Source: Candidatus Staskawiczbacteria bacterium
GTDB taxonomy: Bacteria; Patescibacteriota; Minisyncoccia; Minisyncoccales; Staskawiczbacteraceae
DNA: 47,772 bases
Assembly: GCA_049513595.1 (NCBI GenBank)
Contig: JBEKVX010000002.1
Span: 1 to 47,772, forward strand
Direction of reading: 5' to 3'
Shown here: piece after piece, positions 16,737-23,183 of the stretch
How the letters are laid out: every line of letters starts with the position of its first letter
How positions within the stretch are numbered: the stretch's first letter is position 1
Position numbers and translations under genes: made by a program
The notes under the pieces: model-generated
Database searches by the model: none
What the model saw: only the letters and a program-made list of their open reading frames with translations
What the model was told of the DNA's origin: nothing

Positions 16737-16809
16737 GCCGACGTAGCTCAATTGGCAGAGCATTGGTCTCCAAAACCAAGGGTTGTGGGTTCGATTCCCT
16801 CCGTCGGTG
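16737..16809 (+). tRNA. tRNA-Trp (anticodon CCA)
   Basis: Hand-folded cloverleaf: acceptor GCCGACG/CGTCGGT, D arm GCTC/GAGC, anticodon stem TTGGT/ACCAA with loop CTCCAAA, T arm GTGGG-TTCGATT-CCCTC, discriminator G. CCA is not encoded. Confidence 0.85.
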
Positions 16810-16822
16810 TTTCACAGCGTAT

Positions 16823-16851
16823 GACTCTTCATGATGAAGAGCCTTTTTTTA
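16823..16851 (+). terminator. tRNA-Trp terminator
   Basis: ctcttc-atgat-gaagag followed by a T7 run. Confidence 0.75.
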
Positions 16852-16953
16852 TTCCCAACGCTTACGGCTTTACAGCAATAAAAATTTATGTTAAAATTTA
16901 AATACCAAATAATTTTGTCTGACGAAGCACCTTGAAAGAAAGGATCACGAGTC

Positions 16954-17337
16954 ATGATTTGCGGATTAGCATTTGTCGAAATCGTTGTTAACGATTTTGA
17001 CGCGATGGTTAACTGTTACGTCCAGGAGCTCGGTTTCAAACAAGGAAAAGCAGATAACAACGAAGACGGCCGCTGGTGTCAACTCGTAACTCCTGACGGC
17101 CAGGCCCTCATAGCATTATGGGAGCCATCGGATCCGTTGCAAAAGCCTGACCCTGCCGGAAGAACTCGTCCTTGTTTCTTGCCCATATTTAAGGTTCGGG
17201 ATATCTGTCTGCTTGTGAATAAACTGAAAACAAGCGGAAAGATAAAGATATTGGAAGAAATTAGAAGACGCCCCAAATACTGGATCACTACAATCGCCGA
17301 CCCCGAAGGAAATCATTTACAACTCTACGAAGAATGA
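16954..17337 (+). CDS. VOC (glyoxalase/bleomycin-resistance fold) family protein
   Basis: 127 aa. FVEIVVNDFDAMVNCYVQELGF ... ITTIADPEGNHLQLYE is the typical beta-alpha-beta-beta-beta VOC pattern. Confidence 0.65.
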   Translation: MICGLAFVEIVVNDFDAMVNCYVQELGFKQGKADNNEDGRWCQLVTPDGQALIALWEPSDPLQKPDPAGRTRPCFLPIFKVRDICLLVNKLKTSGKIKILEEIRRRPKYWITTIADPEGNHLQLYEE

Positions 17338-17368
17338 GCCAACAACGTTGGCGACATCTCAATCGCAG

Positions 17369-17393
17369 AACCTCGAATCCTCGAGGTTTTTTT
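17369..17393 (+). terminator. Terminator of the VOC gene
   Basis: aacctcga-atcc-tcgaggtt plus a T-run. Confidence 0.75.
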
Positions 17394-17418
17394 AAATAAA
17401 AAGGAGGCCGGGCCTCCT
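17394..17418 (-). terminator. Terminator of the btpA-like gene
   Basis: aggaggc-cgg-gcctcct, followed on the minus strand by TTTTATTT. Confidence 0.65.
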
Positions 17419-17430
17419 ATGTGATTCGTT

Positions 17431-18258
17431 TTAGATTGTCGCTTTGAAAGTTCTTACAAACTCCGCGACCTTTTGCACGTCGACTTTTTCATGAAAGTCT
17501 TTGAGGTTACGGTTTTGTTTTGGAGAAAGATATTCGCCAGCCTTCAGGGATGTGCTGACAATGATGCAGTCAGCATATTTCATCAGAAGGTCAACGTTTT
17601 CTTTGTTAGCTCCGCTCCCAATGATAATTGGGAAGGAACCTACGGCACCCCGAGCATTAGCGAGCTCGTCGATTTTCGGCGCCTCGCCCGTCCACCTGCC
17701 AGTAATTATCAATCCGTCGGCTCCCGCTCTAATAGCTTGCCGCGCGGATTCTTGGATTGGGCGTGGACGTAGCATTGTCGCGTGCTTGACCTGGATGTCA
17801 GCGAAAATGGCTACTCCTTCTGCCTGGATCTTCTTGCGAAAAGCAGTAACCTGATCCGGAGTACCCAAAATTACGCCGAACTTCGTCTCCACGTCGTCGA
17901 CGAAAACAGGGACTCTCACAAAACGGCCACCAATTACCTTGGCGATTGATAGTGCGGATTCAAAGTCGTTCCACAAAACGCTCACGCCGATCGGGAGACT
18001 TGTGCTCTCCGCTATTTTCTTGCCGAGCACGGTCATCATCTCCGTTGTTTCTGGCGAGACTTTTATCGTGTGTGGAATGTCGTAATTGTTTTCGATGATT
18101 ATCGCATCCACTCCGCCGTCAACAAAAGCCCGCAGGTCAGCGAGTGCTTTCTGTAACATAAAATCCATCCCCGGAAATTCCGGATATCCGATGAGCGGGC
18201 AAAAATGCAGAGCGCCGATAATCGGCCTGTCTGTTCCGAAAATTTTTTTCAGTTCCAT
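17431..18258 (-). CDS. BtpA/SgcQ-family TIM-barrel protein
   Basis: PIIGALHFCPLIGYP...GGVDAIIIENNYDIPH matches the N-terminal signature of the BtpA family (recognised from memory). 275 aa. Confidence 0.75.
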   Translation of the reverse strand: MELKKIFGTDRPIIGALHFCPLIGYPEFPGMDFMLQKALADLRAFVDGGVDAIIIENNYDIPHTIKVSPETTEMMTVLGKKIAESTSLPIGVSVLWNDFESALSIAKVIGGRFVRVPVFVDDVETKFGVILGTPDQVTAFRKKIQAEGVAIFADIQVKHATMLRPRPIQESARQAIRAGADGLIITGRWTGEAPKIDELANARGAVGSFPIIIGSGANKENVDLLMKYADCIIVSTSLKAGEYLSPKQNRNLKDFHEKVDVQKVAEFVRTFKATI

Positions 18259-18448
18259 GATTTTTTCCTTCCCAGGTTTACTAACATGTGCTCGACAATC
18301 GAATTGGTAGTCATAGCCAAAAAATACCGAGGTATTCCGTATCTTTTAGCTATGACCGCCCATTTGTGAATAATTTATATTTAAAAGAACTGATAGGGCC
18401 ACTTTAATACAGATTAAAAAATTTATCAATTCTAAAAAACCTGATGCT

Positions 18449-18973
18449 CTAACTATTTTTGTTTGTCCAGCTCAAAATAGTTTTCGTATTTTTTTTAATC
18501 GTAAAAAAAATTCTTCCGATAATGGCCTGGTGAACTTTGGGATTAGCATTCCCGGATGGATCTTTTATGTCTTTATGATTTTGTGTAAGTTCTGTAAAAA
18601 TGTGCATTTTATTTTTTGCATTAGGAAATTGTTTTATTAAAGAGTTTTTGGCTCCTGAATACACTTTTTTATCCATAGCAATAATTACTGCAGCTTTTTT
18701 GACTGTGGCTGGTGTAATTTTTTGAAAAAGATGATCGGCCAAATCTATATCAAAATTACGCAACGTAGGCCTAGCTGCTTCATATTCATCCGGGTATTCC
18801 TTTAAATTTTTGTGCAATGGCTTTGATGTGCCCATAGTACCCTGCAACCCATATGAAGCTACAGAAAATTTATTATCTAAATTCTTTTCTTGTAGAAATT
18901 TTGCTAAACATTTTTCAGCTATTACAGAACGATGGATATTGCCATTGCATACAAACACAATAATTTTCTTCAT
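18449..18973 (-). CDS. Low-molecular-weight protein-tyrosine-phosphatase-like protein
   Basis: P-loop VCNGNIHRS (CX5R-S) at residues 9-16 and a DP loop (IKDPSG). AT-rich, unlike both neighbours. Confidence 0.8.
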   Translation of the reverse strand: MKKIIVFVCNGNIHRSVIAEKCLAKFLQEKNLDNKFSVASYGLQGTMGTSKPLHKNLKEYPDEYEAARPTLRNFDIDLADHLFQKITPATVKKAAVIIAMDKKVYSGAKNSLIKQFPNAKNKMHIFTELTQNHKDIKDPSGNANPKVHQAIIGRIFFTIKKNTKTILSWTNKNS

Positions 18974-18990
18974 AAAATGATTATACTATA

Positions 18991-19033
18991 AAAAAATAAG
19001 GGTGGAAACCAATCAGACGGCCACCACCCTTTT
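18991..19033 (-). terminator. Terminator of the 746-aa gene
   Basis: Minus strand reads AAAGGGTGG-(18 nt)-CCACCCTT followed by ATTTTTTT. Confidence 0.7.
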
Positions 19034-19045
19034 TGCTCCGACATT

Positions 19046-21286
19046 CTAGTCGAGAACGACGATCTGCCTTGAGACACAATCGAGGATTGCACCGTGAGCA
19101 GAGGCGAGCATTTGGTACATGCTCTCACCACATCCGATGCACGCTGGCATCTGAAGCTCAATCGCCCTAATGCACATGTGCGATGCCGGACCGCCCACCT
19201 TTGTAATAATTCCCGCTGCTCCAGAATGGAATAGGAAATCATACCCTGGGTCTGCGTTCGGCAAAAGCACCAATGCATTCTTAACGTCGGTTTTCACTCT
19301 CTGATGCTCGAGCACGCACACGCGTGCTTTTACAACAGACTTTGTGATATACGACGGATTTGCTTCGGCGAATGTTATCACCCTGAGATCGGTTAAACCA
19401 GGGATAATCACATCCGGTAGCAACACAGGAGGGAAATCATCTTCGCGACTCGCCTTGAGATTGGATGAACCAACCAAGCGAACGTTAAGCTCCTCCCAGC
19501 TCAGGCAAGAAGCATCTTGCCTCGAGATGCCTCGCTGTGCAAGTTGGCGTTTAAGCTTTGTTGCGAAAAGATGTAGCGACTGAGCGAACAGAAACTTCAT
19601 CTGTTCACGGGCCTGCATGAACGTAATGACGTTCTTAAACTCGGCCGTGTCCTCAAATGTATGAGGGCGCTTTTCAAGTTTAACCACCTCCGCCCGTTCC
19701 ATCTGGGCAAAGAGGTAGTTATCTGGATCGTCCGCATAAAACTCGCCGAACACGCTGAATTGCCCAGGGCACAGATGTCCGTATCGCTGCACGAGAGTAT
19801 CGCGAGTGATAACGCCATTGCGACATGCGACTAGATCGGCCCGCATCTGCCCGTTCACAGAGTGAATATGGCCAGCAATCAGGTCGTTCAGACTCTCACG
19901 AGGGTGCATTTCCTCAAACTTGTTCTTCCAGTAGAAAGCGAGTCGCGCCATCCGGACAAACATTTCCGTACCAGTAGCAACATGCTCAAGGATGGTGTTT
20001 AGCGGAGCGTCACCTAAGGATGCTGTACGCTGCTCATAATCTTGAACATCTGCCTCGAAGGTTCCAGAATAGGATTCGGAAACGTTGCGGAAAACGGAAT
20101 CTATACGGACGAAAGCATCTCGCACAACATCCTTGTCGCAGTCATCAAGCCGCGCCTCGGCCATAATTCGCTCAAGTTTATCCCCGACGCTCATCGCATA
20201 CAGGTCGAACTCAACTCGGCTCTGAAGCGACGGGTTCTTTATGAGCTTGTCGCGATAAACGCCAACAATCCGTTCGTAAATCCTATCAGGAATTCCGCAC
20301 GGACGAAAGCTGAACGCCGTTGCCCGCATAGATGCGTATGGCTTTCCTGCCACAACCCTGATCAATCCGATGCCGAGCGGATCATATCCCATATCCCGCC
20401 GCACCTGCTCAACGATTCTGTCGGCGAACAGATGCCTAAATATTGAGATATCGAGTAACGTCGGCGAAGCTCCGAGCAACTCGCGCGGATTGATGTCGAT
20501 CATGTCGCCGAGCACATCTCCGCTAAAATCAACTGTGACAGACGAATTTAGCGACTCAATCCGCCTCAGGATCTTTTTTCCCTGCTCAATTCCAACCGCC
20601 GCAGTTTGCACTGTAGTGATTGGCCGGCATTGCAGGATGTATAACGTGCCTCTCCGGAACGCGAACTCAACATCCAAGCTGGCAGACTGAAAGTGTTGCT
20701 CGATGGCCATCATCGCACCAACGAGATGTTGAAGCCACGCGTCCTTCAAGTCTTCGGGATTTACTCCTCGGACGATCCGAATGAGCTTGCCATTTGAGGC
20801 ACCGCCGACGATGGTTTCACCAGTTCCACTCGAGACTGACACAACATAGTATCCGTCAGGCTCGGCAAGACTGTGTGAGAAAACGACGCCGCTCATATCG
20901 GCCTCAACCATTTCTTGGACAACGACCGATACGCCAGAATCGACAAGTTCAATGCTCCGATTGGCGGCGTAATGAGAAATAACTTCCTCCTTACCCGTAC
21001 CGGAAGCAGAAATCTCGTCGACCGCGACCCGAACGTCATGCACGGTTGCTGGTACGCGAAGTTTCGTTGCGTACATGCCTGCGAACGATGCGTTGGCAGA
21101 GTCTTCCTGAGCCGCACTGCTACGAACTGCGACAGTGCTACCGTTGGGCATTTCGCCCAAGAAGCTATTTATGGCCTCAACAGTTTCGCATTCAGACATC
21201 GTGGGATGCAACACCGTGAACCTAGGAACATTGATCCCGCGAATTTTTGCCAGAATAGCGAGGTTTTCAGCCTTACCGTTTTGCAT
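19046..21286 (-). CDS. PEP-utilizer-superfamily phosphotransferase (ATP-grasp N-terminus, unknown middle domain, C-terminal swivel-His domain)
   Basis: PPDK_N-like VAVRSSAAQEDSANASFAGMY and VVVQEMV. The C-terminal mobile domain has its catalytic His in GGPASHMCIRAIELQMPACIG. SD AGGAGG upstream. Confidence 0.85.
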   Translation of the reverse strand: MQNGKAENLAILAKIRGINVPRFTVLHPTMSECETVEAINSFLGEMPNGSTVAVRSSAAQEDSANASFAGMYATKLRVPATVHDVRVAVDEISASGTGKEEVISHYAANRSIELVDSGVSVVVQEMVEADMSGVVFSHSLAEPDGYYVVSVSSGTGETIVGGASNGKLIRIVRGVNPEDLKDAWLQHLVGAMMAIEQHFQSASLDVEFAFRRGTLYILQCRPITTVQTAAVGIEQGKKILRRIESLNSSVTVDFSGDVLGDMIDINPRELLGASPTLLDISIFRHLFADRIVEQVRRDMGYDPLGIGLIRVVAGKPYASMRATAFSFRPCGIPDRIYERIVGVYRDKLIKNPSLQSRVEFDLYAMSVGDKLERIMAEARLDDCDKDVVRDAFVRIDSVFRNVSESYSGTFEADVQDYEQRTASLGDAPLNTILEHVATGTEMFVRMARLAFYWKNKFEEMHPRESLNDLIAGHIHSVNGQMRADLVACRNGVITRDTLVQRYGHLCPGQFSVFGEFYADDPDNYLFAQMERAEVVKLEKRPHTFEDTAEFKNVITFMQAREQMKFLFAQSLHLFATKLKRQLAQRGISRQDASCLSWEELNVRLVGSSNLKASREDDFPPVLLPDVIIPGLTDLRVITFAEANPSYITKSVVKARVCVLEHQRVKTDVKNALVLLPNADPGYDFLFHSGAAGIITKVGGPASHMCIRAIELQMPACIGCGESMYQMLASAHGAILDCVSRQIVVLD

Positions 21287-21299
21287 GATTTCCTCCTAT

Positions 21300-21585
21300 T
21301 TTCCGATCAAAGAGCTGTTGAGAAGTATCCACAAACGCGCGGATAAAAAAAACTTCTCGTCTCTATGGCGTAAGTAAATTACGCAACAGGGACGAGAAGT
21401 CATCTCGCGGTACCACCCCGATTCCCACCATTATTTTTGGCAGGCGCTTTCATCGACTCCACTTTTTAAAAGTTTTATCGATTATCCTATGATTACGGAG
21501 GAAGCCGGGTTTCCACTGACGCAGAAACCACCTCATCGGGCCCAACCCCCAGCTTGCACCAGGGACCCGAGTCAAAGGTTTTATA
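21300..21585 (-). promoter_or_regulatory. T-box riboswitch leader
   Basis: Minus strand reads ...AAUCGGGGUGGUACCGCGAGAUGACUUCUCGUCCCU... (T-box core at 21405-21420). The antiterminator (GGGG/CCCU, UGGUACC bulge, GCGAGA/UCUCGU) competes with the terminator at 21343-21399. Confidence 0.85.
21343..21399 (-). terminator. T-box expression-platform terminator
   Basis: ACUUCUCGUC ... GACGAGAAGU (10 bp) followed by U8. Confidence 0.85.
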
Positions 21586-21591
21586 ATTTTC

Positions 21592-21630
21592 AATTATAGC
21601 TTATCTTATCACATTAAAAATCCCTGTCAA
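21592..21630 (-). promoter_or_regulatory. Candidate promoter of the T-box leader
   Basis: Minus strand has TTGACA (21625-21630), a 17-nt spacer, then AAGATA. An alternative TATAAT lies at 21592-21597. Confidence 0.5.
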
Positions 21631-21730
21631 GTCTTCACCCAAATTTTTAAAATTTGGGTGAAGATTCAAGAGCCTTAACAAAAAAAGAGCACATTGTGCC
21701 CCTGTCGATGAACAAGCTACAAACATGTTT

Positions 21731-22027
21731 TTACTTCGGGGGTGGCTGTTCGGTTTTGCTGCCAACTCCGGTCGCCCAACCGATATTTATTGTTTGCGGC
21801 CTTTCGTCCAGTCGTGGTTTATATCCAAAACCAGTTCCCCATCCGATTTCTGTGCTGCTGCCCCATTTCCATCCTATCCTGTCTACTTTGCACCCCATGC
21901 AAATACTTATAACCTTACCATCCTCAGTACTATGAGGACAAAAGTTATGTTTACCGTCGCTGTTCATCAGCGGCGATTTTACATGGCAAATCGGACATTC
22001 AACCAGCGTCACTTGCTCGGCGCTCAT
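21731..22027 (-). CDS. Zinc-ribbon protein with Gly/Trp repeats
   Basis: CPIC...CMGC pairs and repeats IGWKWG / IGWGTG / IGWATG. Start moved to MSAEQV (ATG 22027), preceded by AAGGAGAG. Confidence 0.5.
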   Translation of the reverse strand: MSAEQVTLVECPICHVKSPLMNSDGKHNFCPHSTEDGKVISICMGCKVDRIGWKWGSSTEIGWGTGFGYKPRLDERPQTINIGWATGVGSKTEQPPPK

Positions 22028-22184
22028 TTTTGCTCTCTCCTTCTTTTTTTCAATCCGCGAATATTCAGTTTTCAAAGCCGAGAACTGTTCCTGGCGGACT
22101 AACTGTAATTTATAATTTTAAAAAGAAAATGTCAAACAGAAATTGTTTTAATAAATTATTCTATTTTGTTTGCGAAGCTCCGCT

Positions 22185-22417
22185 CTATTTGCAGCCGATT
22201 TTATTTTGCTGGGCTTGCTTTTCAGTTGCGGTAATTTCTGCTCTGTATTTTACATCTGGCTCGTAAAAACGCGCACTGCCAATCCTTCTTTTACCAATTG
22301 CACATCAACATTTGTGTTGCCAACAACAATATATCGCAGGCACCTGTTGTACTGGTCAATGGCATCACATGGCTTTAAAAATGAAATCACCGCTCGAGGT
22401 GTTGCGAAGCTATTGAA
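22185..22417 (-). pseudogene. Thermonuclease (SNase-like) gene remnant: C-terminal part only, frameshifted
   Basis: Hand translation gives ...DAIDQYNRCLRYIVVGNTNVDVQLVKEGLAVRVF, then after a +1 shift at an A5/T5 run YEPDVKYRAEITATEKQAQQNKIGCK*. An in-frame stop sits directly upstream and there is no N-terminal half. Confidence 0.5.
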
Positions 22418-22495
22418 CTAATTACACACCCATACCAAAAAACCACCTCAATCAAAAGGCGGCTTGGTTTAATTTATTAACTTCTTCGACCTTTG

Positions 22496-22963
22496 CTATT
22501 GCTGCAAAAGAATCCTCCCAGTCCACTCTCCATTACTGCAAGCCACACTGTTAATTTCTACATTAATGGTATGAGGAAGGGGTGAGGTTGTTTGCAATTT
22601 GACTAACGCGTAATCGTAAGCAGCTATGACGTAGTTTGATGAATCCAAAGAAATTGTGCTTGTCGTGCTTGTACGATTGTCCAGCATTATAATAGTACCT
22701 GCCTTAAAGGTAGGATTATTTGGAATTACAACACATTTATCAGTAAACTGGATTCTGTTTGTGCCGTATAATTTCAATGCATCGCTATAAGAATAATTAT
22801 TTTGCGACTTATTTTGCGACACTGAATTTGTTGAAGCACCCGAAAGAGAGTTAAAAATAGAGGAATTTTGAGGTTGCATAAACCAATAGATGCCAACCAC
22901 GACAACCACAACAACTACAACAACTACGATTGCGATTATTATGTATAAATTTTTATTTTTCAT
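22496..22963 (-). CDS. Membrane-anchored hypothetical protein
   Basis: 155 aa. The TM helix contains a run of 11 Val. The remainder is a beta-rich ectodomain. Confidence 0.5.
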   Translation of the reverse strand: MKNKNLYIIIAIVVVVVVVVVVVGIYWFMQPQNSSIFNSLSGASTNSVSQNKSQNNYSYSDALKLYGTNRIQFTDKCVVIPNNPTFKAGTIIMLDNRTSTTSTISLDSSNYVIAAYDYALVKLQTTSPLPHTINVEINSVACSNGEWTGRILLQQ

Positions 22964-23183
22964 ATTTTATATATTTATTAATTATTTATTTTATAGAGCG
23001 TTCGACCTTTGTATATTTTATTATACCACAAAACAAAAAACCGTCGTCAAACGGCTTCCAAAAAGCACGGGCTCGTGGACGACGTGGGAACCAGAACAAG
23101 GCAAAATCAAGGTCAAATTCACATGCTAAAACTGAGTTCGCACACGATGGTAGATTTGGTTTAATAATTATCTCGCTCCGCTA

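Noticed and set aside
16558-16815. 85-aa minus-strand ORF
   Set aside because: It overlaps the 3' end of the CM::MTase gene, the tRNA-Trp gene and its promoter on the opposite strand. It is a by-product of GC-rich sequence.
18970-19278. Alternative-frame ORFs in GC-rich genes (18970-19278; also 33165-33554, 20893-21117 and 14792-14983)
   Set aside because: GC-rich DNA yields long spurious frames. The overlapping frames with PEP-utilizer, DksA/TraR and TrpRS motifs are the real genes.
22030-22421. Plus-strand ORFs 22030-22266 and 22170-22421
   Set aside because: Featureless translations. The opposite strand shows recognisable thermonuclease remnants, so the region is better explained as a pseudogene.
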